Shown here: piece after piece, positions 1 to 9,035 of the stretch
Position numbering within the stretch: the first letter of the stretch is position 1
How the letters are laid out: the number at the start of each line of letters is the position of its first letter
DNA from: Sedimentisphaerales bacterium
Lineage (GTDB): Bacteria > Planctomycetota > Phycisphaerae > Sedimentisphaerales > UBA12454
Direction: 5' to 3'
DNA length: 64,000 nucleotides
NCBI GenBank assembly: GCA_050014075.1
Contig: JBEKEA010000001.1
Location: forward strand, 53,764 to 117,763
Made by a program: the position numbers and the translations under genes
Notes under the pieces: model-generated
Database searches by the model: none
What the model was told of the DNA's origin: nothing
Seen by the model: only the letters and a program-made list of their open reading frames with translations

Positions 1-2019
1 AAATTCATATTGGTTCGTAATTGTGGCAGGAATAGAACCAAAGACATTGTTTCCGCTATAAGTTTGCGACCATACCAGATTGCCGTCATTTGCATATGCC
101 TTAACAGAAACATCTCCCGTTCCATTGTTTAAAGCCGCAAAATACAACGGCTTATTCGGCTCATACGTTTCGGGCAGGATGCAATAATTTAAAGGGCACG
201 AAAACGAAACATTCTTTATTTTCGAGCAAGTAATATGTCCAGAATTATTAACTCCTATAAGTTTAAGCTGTCGTTCTTGACTACCAGATGTTGATATATT
301 TAATGCAACTGTATTACCATTTTGTAATGAGAATGCAAATATTTCTCCCACATATTTTCCATCAGCCAACAAAAAAACCTGTTGAGTGTCCGATGCGAAT
401 CCACTTACTCCGACATTAACATATCCGCTGTTGGGGTCGCCTGATATTGTCGGAAGGATATTCGGCTCCGCATCTCCCTTCTTTCTCCATTCATTCGCTA
501 AAATAGCAAAATCCTTAAAATTAACAATTTTATCATTATTAAGGTCTGCTCTTGAATCAAAATATCTCTCGTCAACTTTCTTCTGCCACTGATTCGCAAA
601 ATCGGCAAAATCATAAAAGTTAAATGCACTCAGCCAGTATTCCGATACTACCCGCAAATCAGGCATATCCACCTTTCCGCTGTTATCATAATCCCACGAC
701 CATGTTTGATACGCCTCATTATAATCAAAAAGCCAGTAATTGGCAAAGAAACACAAATCTTTATAATCTACCTTAAAGTTTCCATCAAAATCCGCCTGCA
801 AAGTTGTCGAACCGGCATTTGAATAATTCCAGTTCGGATAATGATAACCTATATCTATCTTATTACTGTCCGGCATGCCATTCACATTCGTTGTCATTCC
901 AATTAAAGGCGTTTCCTCAATATATTCCATTCCTGCATCTATAAACGGACAGCCTGCGATAAGATGCCATCCCGGTGCGTCAAAAGGATTCACAGTAGTT
1001 ACCACCGGATTATATTCTTCAAATTCCCAGTTCTTATTATTGGCATTACCGTAATATCCCGTACTCGCCACCACTGCATTCATATAGCCGGAAACAAGGT
1101 TAAGACCATACATATATGACCCGGACACAATATTATTTACCAGCATTACCTGTCCCGCACCGCTTTCATTGGAAGCACCATGCACCATAATACCAACATC
1201 CTGATATGAATCGCAGGTATTATTCTCAATTGTAATGACAGTATTGGCGTCGCCAATCTCATTTGCATCGCTCATCTTGACATATATGCCGTCATAATAA
1301 TTGTAAAAGCAGAGATTATTTTTTATATCTGTCAGCTTAGGGCCAAACTCCACAATTCCGTAAGCATTGCCGAACAGATGATTATTTTCGATCGGATGGT
1401 CCAGAATAATATTATTTATAACTATACCCTCCATCGCTCCCTCGACAAAACTATAAGTTATAGTTGTGGCAGGCGAGGCGGTTGTGTCAATATAAGCCGG
1501 ATAAAAGTATTGCCATTGGTAATATTCCAGATACTCAAAATAATATCCATAGTCCGGATACATAAAATCGCAGGTATAAATAATCGGTTTATCCGGCGTA
1601 CCTCTGGAAATCAGCGTGCCGCCATTATTAATAGTCAGACCGGCTTGATAAGCGAAATAAATAACAGTTCCTGGTTCGATAACTAAGAGTGCCGTTACAT
1701 TAATTAGGGAATTGATATGATAAATATTATTTGCCGTCCAAATCTGATTGGTTGTAATGTCGGAGTTTATCTCAATAATATTAGGTTCGCCGGAGTCCAT
1801 AAGTGTTAAATTGCCCGCGTTCATTGTTTTTAAATCTGTGAAAAGATTTTTGTCTAAGACTTGTTATTCAGGCCTGCTAAGTATTTGAGGGCTGTTGGAA
1901 TCCGCAGGACAGTAAATTAAATGTTTCTGCCGTTTTTCCTGCTGTTGTGAAACATTTGCATAAGTGATGCTGGCAATAGATAGAATTACACAGATAATTG
2001 AAAATTGTACTTTCTTCAT
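1..2019 (-). CDS. Large secreted protein, C-terminus runs off the window; likely beta-helix region plus three dockerin/EF-hand-like repeats
   Basis: Absent from the ORF track because no stop is in the window. ATG at 2019 with AGGAG RBS and signal peptide MKKVQFSIICVILSIASITYA. Repeats ADFDGNFKVDYKDLCFFANYWL, WDYDNSGKVDMPDLRVVSEYWL and ADLNNDKIVNFKDFAILANEW follow a DIGYHY motif. Frame spot-checked open at both ends and in the repeat region. Confidence 0.8.
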
Positions 2020-2224
2020 TTTCTTTCTCCTTTTCCTCAATGGCCGAAACCATCTCGATGAGGACTAAATAATTTTTATGCTGTGATTTTCAGTCCAATT
2101 GATATTGAACTTCTTACCTGATTTGGAATCAAGAGAATTTTTTATGATTTTTTCGCTCCAGTGACAGAAAAAGGCCTCTAACTGTCACTCTGAGAAAGAT
2201 TTTTTCGATATCGACACCTTCGGT

Positions 2225-2640
2225 AGCTGCTTTTCAGTGTCAGTCAGCGTTATCGGCCGCCTGTCGCGTCGAAGCTTTAGCGAAGACGGATGTCTGTCAG
2301 TGTGTTTTTGACGACAATCAAAAATCATCAAAAAACGGGGTAAAATCTGTGCAAATCCGTGTAATCCGCGGTTAAAAAATTCAAAAAAAATCAAAACTTG
2401 TCCGCCTCAGGCGGATTTAGACTAAAACTTGTGCCCGCAAAGACTTACGAAAAAACTCCCCTCGAAAACAAAGGACTTATCGGAGCGCAGCGTAGATCCC
2501 CACGCTTAGTTTTGTCCACCGACAAAACTGTGGGGACGTCCTCAAATCTTTTACTGCAAAGGACTTACGCCAAAAATAAACGAAAAAATTTTCAAATTTC
2601 CCGATTTTTCGCTCTTGCAGAGAGCTAAGTCCTTATTTTT
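2225..2640. repeat. Intergenic cluster of small repeats and palindromes
   Basis: Contains tcagtgtcagtcagcg-type repeats, gtcgaagctttagcgaagacgga, aaatctgtgcaaatccgtgtaatccgcgg, hairpin tccgcctcaggcgga (2401-2415) and four GACTTA/TAAGTC motifs. Confidence 0.55.
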
Positions 2641-2657
2641 CATTTAGTTTTTTTTCT

Positions 2658-3518
2658 TTATGAGCGTACCAGCCTGCTTTTTTTGTCCATCAGCAGAACC
2701 GACTTTTCATATATGGCGGGACTTAATTTCTCCTTCAGGATTTTTTTTGCGTCAAGGATATGCGTTCTCTGGCTTAAATGCGTAATGATGACATATTCAT
2801 TTTCAAATTCTGCGAGCATTTTCGCAAAATCATCGACATGCATATGGTCGCCGGCAAGTGCTCTGTCTGTATGCTCATCGGAAACAAACGTGCACTCTGC
2901 AATCAGAATTTTGCTTTTGGCGACATAATCCAATTTCGCGAAGTTGGAATATCGTGTATCGCCGAGGTACGTTACTATCGGCAGTTCGACCGGATAGTCT
3001 ATCGCTATATCTTTGCTTTTGAGTTTAACTATTTCGATGCCGGACAAGCCAAGATATTCTTCTTTCAGTTTTTTCTTTTTCTCGATAACGGTAAACCCCA
3101 ATGACCCCTTGCAGTGTTTGGTCGCGAATGTTCTGATAAAAAGATTAGGTTTGATTTGGTGTTCATCGTCTGCCCGCATTCCGACAAGTTCAGCCGGTAT
3201 TTTATTTCCGTCGAGTCTGCCCCAGCCGTCTATTATTTCCCGCATCGGCGGTATCATATTTTCCGGCGCAAACACTCGTCCCGGCTTTTGTCCGCAGAAT
3301 ATCCTGTGTGAAAGGTAGTAAGCGATGCCGGCAGAGTGGTCCATATGGCCGTGCGTCAGCAAAACATTGTTGATGCTTATAAGCTGGTCGGGTGCCTTGC
3401 CGATATCGAAGCATACATCCAGTTGCGGTATCCCCACGACCGTTTCTTCGCCCGCGACCGAATAGCCGATTATATCAAGGTCATCTATTTTTAATTTTGC
3501 CAGGTTATGACTTGCCAT
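2658..3518 (-). CDS. Metallo-beta-lactamase-fold hydrolase, short tRNase Z-like
   Basis: THGHMDH motif, GDT motif, ECTF and DHMH motifs, HLSQR near the C-terminus. Confidence 0.8.
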   Translation of the reverse strand: MASHNLAKLKIDDLDIIGYSVAGEETVVGIPQLDVCFDIGKAPDQLISINNVLLTHGHMDHSAGIAYYLSHRIFCGQKPGRVFAPENMIPPMREIIDGWGRLDGNKIPAELVGMRADDEHQIKPNLFIRTFATKHCKGSLGFTVIEKKKKLKEEYLGLSGIEIVKLKSKDIAIDYPVELPIVTYLGDTRYSNFAKLDYVAKSKILIAECTFVSDEHTDRALAGDHMHVDDFAKMLAEFENEYVIITHLSQRTHILDAKKILKEKLSPAIYEKSVLLMDKKSRLVRS

Positions 3519-3882
3519 AAGTCCTTAATTATAAAACCATTGCCAATCTTACTAAATTTTCGTATTATCGCAAATGCCTTTATTCAAAAATATGGTTTTT
3601 TTATGTCGCCAATATAGCTGGCCGTAAAGCACTTATCGGCACTTGGAAGACCTTAAAAGTCATAAAACTGGAACAACTAACGGTGTTGTTGTGACATTTG
3701 GCTTTTTTGATGGTATAGCCTTTGGTCAAGGGCGATTTTTTATGTCTTCTATTAGATGATTAATTAGCGGCATTTTGGCGGTTTAACCATTCCTTACAGT
3801 CCGTAAGACTATTAAAATCAGTACCGGTTTTACAAAAATGTCAAAAAATTACTATAAAATACTTTTGAACAATATTTTTTGC

Positions 3883-3912
3883 TTGACGTAATATAGGTAT
3901 AAACGTTATTCT
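3883..3912 (+). promoter_or_regulatory. Sigma70-like promoter
   Basis: TTGACG (3883-3888), 18-nt spacer, TATTCT (3907-3912). Confidence 0.5.
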
Positions 3913-3918
3913 TAACAA

Positions 3919-3995
3919 CCCACACGTACCTCCTCCTCTTTAGGAGGCGCACACGGCATGGCGGTTTCTCTCCTCGGCCGCCTGCCATTTTTTTT
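3919..3995 (+). ncRNA. Candidate small RNA 1 with CU-rich anti-SD loops
   Basis: Upstream promoter, hairpin cctcct-cctcttt-aggagg, then terminator stem ggcatggcggtt/ggccgcctgcc with loop tctctcctc and T8. Confidence 0.5.
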
Positions 3996-4040
3996 GCGCT
4001 TTTTTTGGCAAACATTTTGGGGAATCTCTCGTATAATTAA

Positions 4041-4115
4041 AGGGGAAGTTATTCCCTCTATTTGGCTTTCTGGGCAGACAGCCACATCCTCCTGTGCTGT
4101 TTGCCCATCTTTTTT
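4041..4115 (+). ncRNA. Candidate small RNA 2 with UCCUCC hexaloop
   Basis: TATAAT at 4032-4037, 5' hairpin gggaa-gtta-ttccc, long stem tgggcagacagc(c)aca/tgtgctgtttgccca closing loop TCCTCC, followed by a T-tract. Confidence 0.5.
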
Positions 4116-4263
4116 AGAGGGCCTTAAAACCATAAAATCGCATATTTTGCCTGTCTTTTTTCACACACAATAAATATCTAAAAACACTGTCATTTTTATA
4201 AAGGTGCGATAAAATACCTAAAATACGAACAATCTATACCGATTCTTTATAAGGAGATAAAGC

Positions 4264-5751
4264 ATGACGGCGAGTATTGTTGCACTGGCGATTTTTCTTA
4301 TCGCAATGGTAGTCATCGGATTCTGGGGGATGAAAAAAACCACAACACTGAATGATTTCTTCCTAGGCGGCCGTACTGTCGGGCCATGGATTTCAGCCTT
4401 CGCCTACGGAACAACTTATTTCAGTGCCGTTATCTTCATCGGCTTTGGCGGAAAAATCGGATGGGCATACGGCCTCAAAGGCATGGCGATAGCCTTCGGC
4501 AACGCTTTCATCGGTGCCGGACTTGCATGGCTCGTCCTCGCCGCAAAGACAAGAAGAATGACGCACAATCTCGACGCTATGACTATGCCCGAGTTTCTGC
4601 AGGAGCGTTTTGGAAGTAAATATATAAAGATGTTCGCCGCTCTGATTATTTTCGTTTTTCTCATTCCATATTCAGCATCAGTATTCAAAGGCCTGGGTTA
4701 TCTGTTCGAGGCAAATTTCCATATTCCGTACAATTACGCGCTTCTGATTATGGTTGCTATTACTGGTTTGTATCTGATACTTGGCGGATATTTCGCCGTT
4801 ACCCTGACGGATTTTGTGCAGGGCATCATTATGATTTTCGGTGCGATTGTTATGGTCGTCATACTCAGCAACAGAGCCGGCGAAATCGCGGCAGTAAACA
4901 GAATAGACGGCGGAGTTATTCAGGCCGCAGCGGAACGCTATAATCAATGGCATGCAGCTCTCCCGCCGGAAAAACAGCCCAGTATGTTGATGTTGGGTGC
5001 GCTTGTTTTTATGACATCTTTCGGCGTATGGGGTATGCCGCAAATGGTGCAGAAATTTTACGCCATTAAAAACGTCGCCGTCATCAACAAGGCCGCTCTG
5101 ATTACAACAATCTTTTCGGTGATAATCTCTTTCGCGGCGTATTATACCGGTGCGCTGACACATATTTTTTATGATAAGCTGCCTATGCTGGCAAGCGGAG
5201 CCGGACCCGACTTCGACAGAGTAATTCCTGAACTTTTAACGAAATATCTGCCCGGCGGACTTATGGCTATTATACTTCTGCTGATTCTCTCTGCCTCGAT
5301 GAGCACGCTCTCGTCGCTGGTGCTTGTTTCAGCCTCGGCTGTCGCTATCGACCTTTACAAGGGACATATCAATCCGAATGTTTCAAAGGAAAAATCTCTG
5401 CTTATGATGAGATTCCTCAGTGCCGTTTTTGTTGCGGTATCATATTTTGTCGCAAAATATCAGCTTACTATTATTGTCGAGCTTATGGCCCTTTCCTGGG
5501 GTGCGGTGGCAGGTGCTTTTATGGCCCCGTTCTTCTATGGCCTTTATTGGAAACGCGCCACTCACAGCGGTGTTGTAGCGGGAATGCTGACGGCCTTGGT
5601 TATAAATACTGTTCTGTATTATTATCTCGGCTCGAAAAATGCCCCGATTGCCGCAAGCATCGCGATGATTGTGCCCTTCGGCGTGATACCGCTGGTTAGC
5701 TTTTTCACAAAGCCGCCGTCAGAAAAAATTATCGACAAGGCCTTCGCGTAA
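4264..5751 (+). CDS. Sodium:solute symporter (SSS family, PutP/PanF-like)
   Basis: DFFLGGR N-terminal motif, TMPEFLQERF, TDFVQG, SASMSTLSS; about 13 hydrophobic segments; AAGGAG RBS. Confidence 0.9.
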   Translation: MTASIVALAIFLIAMVVIGFWGMKKTTTLNDFFLGGRTVGPWISAFAYGTTYFSAVIFIGFGGKIGWAYGLKGMAIAFGNAFIGAGLAWLVLAAKTRRMTHNLDAMTMPEFLQERFGSKYIKMFAALIIFVFLIPYSASVFKGLGYLFEANFHIPYNYALLIMVAITGLYLILGGYFAVTLTDFVQGIIMIFGAIVMVVILSNRAGEIAAVNRIDGGVIQAAAERYNQWHAALPPEKQPSMLMLGALVFMTSFGVWGMPQMVQKFYAIKNVAVINKAALITTIFSVIISFAAYYTGALTHIFYDKLPMLASGAGPDFDRVIPELLTKYLPGGLMAIILLLILSASMSTLSSLVLVSASAVAIDLYKGHINPNVSKEKSLLMMRFLSAVFVAVSYFVAKYQLTIIVELMALSWGAVAGAFMAPFFYGLYWKRATHSGVVAGMLTALVINTVLYYYLGSKNAPIAASIAMIVPFGVIPLVSFFTKPPSEKIIDKAFA

Positions 5752-5756
5752 GAGAT

Positions 5757-7772
5757 TTATACTTTTCTTAGATTTGCGACGACTTTGGCAAAGAGGGCAT
5801 TCATAATTTGCTGCTGCCAGGCGTCAACGACGCTGTGCTGCAAAGTGCCGTCTTCATCCCTAAAACGCAGTGAAACAGTAACACTTTTCTCTCCTGCCGG
5901 TATGGGTTTACCCCTGTAAATGCCGACGAATTTTATTTCTTCAAGTTCCTGAGGTGCTTTAGATTGAATTATCTCTTCTATTTGCCGCCATTGAATCGGC
6001 TCGGCGACTATCAGCGAAAGATCCCTGATTATCGCCGGGAATTTCGGCAAAGGTTTCATCCTCATTTGTGTAACTTCCAGTTCCGCAAGCACATCGAAAT
6101 TAATCTCAGCCGCGCAAACCATCGATGCCTTGATGCCCAGCTCGGATATTATCTGGTCTTTTATCACGCCTGCAGAGCCGATTTTTTGTCCGTTTAAAAT
6201 TATATCGGCGCCGGTTTTCGCCCAGAATACATCGGCAGGATTAAAAGAAACCTTCGCTCCTCCGTCAATCGCCTTAATCGCCCCTTCAATCGCTCCTCGC
6301 AAAATTCGAAAATCGCCGTCGCACAACTCCGCAAGACTGCTATTTTCCGTATGTTTGCCGTCTTCTGTTTTCTTGAATACGTTTGCTATTTCGTAAATTT
6401 TTATATTCTTACTGCCGGCGTTGTAATTTCGTTTGAGAACCTCAAGCAGCGAACCGATTAAAGTGCTCCTGAGCAGATTCGCCGTCCTGCTGCTTGCGTC
6501 CTGCACAACAAGATGGCCGTCTGCTGTTTTGCCGGTTATTAACTTCGCGACAGAATCCTCGTTAAAGCCCGGCGTTATCGTTTCATAAAATCCGCAACTA
6601 TTCAAAAAATCGCTTACCGCGGCGATTCTTCCTTGTCTTTTGTCAACCGCAACGACTTCAATATTTATTTTCTGGCGTATCCCGACTTTGTCATAGCCGT
6701 AAATTCTCGCAACTTCTTCAATCAAATCGACTTCTCTGGTAATATCCGGCCGCCAAGTCGGGATTACGCAAAGAATTTTATCCGTTTCATTTTTTTGCGG
6801 ACTGAAACACAGGCCGCGAAGTATCTCGAAAATCGACTGCTGCGGAACATCTATGCCGAGCAGTTTTTTTACTCTGCTCAGCCTCATAGAAACCATTCGA
6901 TGATTCGCCGTCTTGCCCGGATAAGCGTCAATAACGCCTTCGACGATTTTCCCGCCCGCGACCTGGGCGATAAGCTGTGCCGCCCTCTGCGACTCCCAGT
7001 CAATTTGCTCGATATCAACACCTCTGCCTAATCTGTATGCCGCTTCGCTGGGCAGAACAAGTTTTTGTGAAGTTTTTCTGACACTCACGGGACTAAAAGA
7101 TGCGTTTTCAAGCAGGATACAGGTCGTCGAATTACTTACTTCGGTTTCAATTCCGCCCATAACTCCGCCAATTGCCACCGGTCCGGCGGTATCTGCGATA
7201 ACCAGCATATCAGGCTCAAGTTTGCAATCTGTCCCGTCTATGCTGACTAATTTTTCGCCCTGCTTTGCGAGGCGAACGATAATTTTCGCGCCTTTGATTT
7301 TATTATAATCAAAAGCGTGCGGCGGCTGACCGGTTTCCATCATCGCGTAATTCGTCGCGTCAACGACGTTATTTACGCTGCGAAGTCCGACCGCTTCGAG
7401 CCGTTTAACCATCCACGCAGGACTTGTCCCGATTTTTACTCCCTCAATTATTCTTGCGGTATATCTGCCGCAAAGTGAAGGCTCCGCTATTTCTACGCTA
7501 ATAAGACTGGCTATGTCTTTTTTGACCGGCTCATATTTGACTTTCGGAACTGTTACTTCTCTGCCGGTCGCCGCGGCGATTTCGCGGGCTATACCGATAT
7601 GGCTCAGGCAATCGGGCCGGTTACTTGTAATTTCAAAGTCGATTACAGTATCATCGCCGACCTGCTCGATGCTTTCGGTATTAAACCCTATATTGCTCAA
7701 CAGAGCGCTAAGTTCCTGCGCCGTTTCGGTTATCGGTACATATTCCTTTAGCCAGTTCAGAGATATTTTCAT
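5757..7772 (-). CDS. pheT: Phenylalanyl-tRNA synthetase beta subunit, short form without the B2 OB-fold
   Basis: MKISLNWLKEY start, ITSNRPDCLSHIGIAREI, NNVVDATNY, RPDITREVDLIEEVARIYGY, C-terminal RDLS anticodon-binding domain. Confidence 0.95.
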   Translation of the reverse strand: MKISLNWLKEYVPITETAQELSALLSNIGFNTESIEQVGDDTVIDFEITSNRPDCLSHIGIAREIAAATGREVTVPKVKYEPVKKDIASLISVEIAEPSLCGRYTARIIEGVKIGTSPAWMVKRLEAVGLRSVNNVVDATNYAMMETGQPPHAFDYNKIKGAKIIVRLAKQGEKLVSIDGTDCKLEPDMLVIADTAGPVAIGGVMGGIETEVSNSTTCILLENASFSPVSVRKTSQKLVLPSEAAYRLGRGVDIEQIDWESQRAAQLIAQVAGGKIVEGVIDAYPGKTANHRMVSMRLSRVKKLLGIDVPQQSIFEILRGLCFSPQKNETDKILCVIPTWRPDITREVDLIEEVARIYGYDKVGIRQKINIEVVAVDKRQGRIAAVSDFLNSCGFYETITPGFNEDSVAKLITGKTADGHLVVQDASSRTANLLRSTLIGSLLEVLKRNYNAGSKNIKIYEIANVFKKTEDGKHTENSSLAELCDGDFRILRGAIEGAIKAIDGGAKVSFNPADVFWAKTGADIILNGQKIGSAGVIKDQIISELGIKASMVCAAEINFDVLAELEVTQMRMKPLPKFPAIIRDLSLIVAEPIQWRQIEEIIQSKAPQELEEIKFVGIYRGKPIPAGEKSVTVSLRFRDEDGTLQHSVVDAWQQQIMNALFAKVVANLRKV

Positions 7773-7876
7773 CCCGTTAGACCTCACTTCAATTCATTTT
7801 TTTATTATCTATCAATCCGTATAAAATACGATTTTTTCGCGATTCAACTATGTAACTTCAAAGAGGTCTAACGGGA
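7772..7876. mobile_element. 105-bp MITE-like element, 14-bp perfect TIRs, 4-bp target duplication
   Basis: TCCCGTTAGACCTC (7772-7785) and GAGGTCTAACGGGA (7863-7876), flanked by TTCA at 7768-7771 and 7877-7880. Confidence 0.7.
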
Positions 7877-7918
7877 TTCATTTCCGCTTCCTGTGTAAAC
7901 AAAAACTTCAGAGCCCAC

Positions 7919-7947
7919 TTTATACACCCCAATCTTGTCTATGTCAA
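7919..7947 (-). promoter_or_regulatory. Sigma70 promoter for pheT
   Basis: Minus strand TTGACA, 17-nt spacer, TATAAA. Confidence 0.65.
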
Positions 7948-8130
7948 CGTTTTACAACCTGTGATTTTAACGGCAGCGCAACAGAGCCCTCTTTAGAAAA
8001 AATGCTCTATTGGTTGAAAAATATCATAAAGGGCAAAAGGCAGGGATTGAAACACTTGCTTTGGAAGGTGTAAAATACCTTAAAACAGATGGAGTAAAAT
8101 ACAAAATCATCTGATTTATTTTCTGTTTTT

Positions 8131-8604
8131 TTACCAGGCGAAATGGGCGAAGGCTTTATTAGCTTCAGCCATTTTATGTATATTATCGCGGGTAGTCATA
8201 GCGCCGCCTTGTTTGCTGTAGGCATCGATGAGTTCGCTGGCAAGTCTAAAGCTCATAGCCTTTCCTTTTTTCCCGCGAGAAGCGGCCAGAATCCATCTGA
8301 AAGCCAGTGACTGCTGTCTTTTGGGATTAACGGGCATTGGCACCTGATAACTTGCACCGCCGACGCGTTTTGAGCGGACTTCAAGGTGAGGTTTTACATT
8401 GTTTATAGCAGTCTCGAATGCTTCGAGAGGACCGACATCTTTTATTTTTTCTGCGACTATATCCATCGCATCATAAAAAATCTGCTGAGCAACGCTTTTT
8501 TTGCCCTGCCACATCATAGAGTTAATGAATTTCTGAACCAGTTTGCTGCCGAACCTTGCGTCGGGCTTTAACTGTTTCACAGAAGCTGTAAACTTTTTTG
8601 CCAT
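8131..8604 (-). CDS. rpsG: 30S ribosomal protein S7
   Basis: [15 protein letters not shown] and [12 protein letters not shown]. Confidence 0.98.
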   Translation of the reverse strand: MAKKFTASVKQLKPDARFGSKLVQKFINSMMWQGKKSVAQQIFYDAMDIVAEKIKDVGPLEAFETAINNVKPHLEVRSKRVGGASYQVPMPVNPKRQQSLAFRWILAASRGKKGKAMSFRLASELIDAYSKQGGAMTTRDNIHKMAEANKAFAHFAW

Positions 8605-8637
8605 TTTTCTGCCTTTTTAACTTTTACTTTTTATCTT

Positions 8638-9003
8638 TTACGATTTCTTAGCGCCGTATTTACTCCGGCTTCGTTTCCGATTTGCCACGCCTGCCGAATC
8701 AAGGGTACCGCGGATAATATGATATCTGACGCCCGGAAGGTCCCTGACTCTGCCGCCCCTGATTAGAACTGTGCTGTGTTCCTGCAGGTTATGGTCGATG
8801 CCGGGAATATAGGCTGTTACTTCTTTGCCGTTGGTCAATCTGACACGGGCGATTTTTCGAAGAGCGGAGTTCGGCTTCTTGGGCGTTTGGGTTCTGACTA
8901 TCAGGCAGACTCCGCGTTTTTGCGGCGTACCCGAAATATCAGATACGCGCTTTTTGCCTTTTTTGCCTCTTCCATTCTTTACTAACTGGTTTATCGTTGG
9001 CAT
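8638..9003 (-). CDS. rpsL: 30S ribosomal protein S12
   Basis: [26 protein letters not shown]. Confidence 0.98.
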   Translation of the reverse strand: MPTINQLVKNGRGKKGKKRVSDISGTPQKRGVCLIVRTQTPKKPNSALRKIARVRLTNGKEVTAYIPGIDHNLQEHSTVLIRGGRVRDLPGVRYHIIRGTLDSAGVANRKRSRSKYGAKKS

Positions 9004-9035
9004 ATTTTTCCTTAATTTTTAATACTTAATTTTCT

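Noticed and set aside
2185-2628. Short ORFs of 69 and 76 aa
   Set aside because: They run through repeat-rich intergenic DNA with no convincing RBS or motifs.
3830-4173. Overlapping short ORFs over the sRNA candidates
   Set aside because: No protein features; promoter, hairpin and terminator structure explains the sequence better. A small peptide is not strictly excluded.
7772-7876. GTTAGAC / GTCTAAC as integron attC core sites
   Set aside because: The order is reversed relative to attC (RYYYAAC...GTTRRRY), there is no integrase or cassette array, and a target duplication fits a MITE better.
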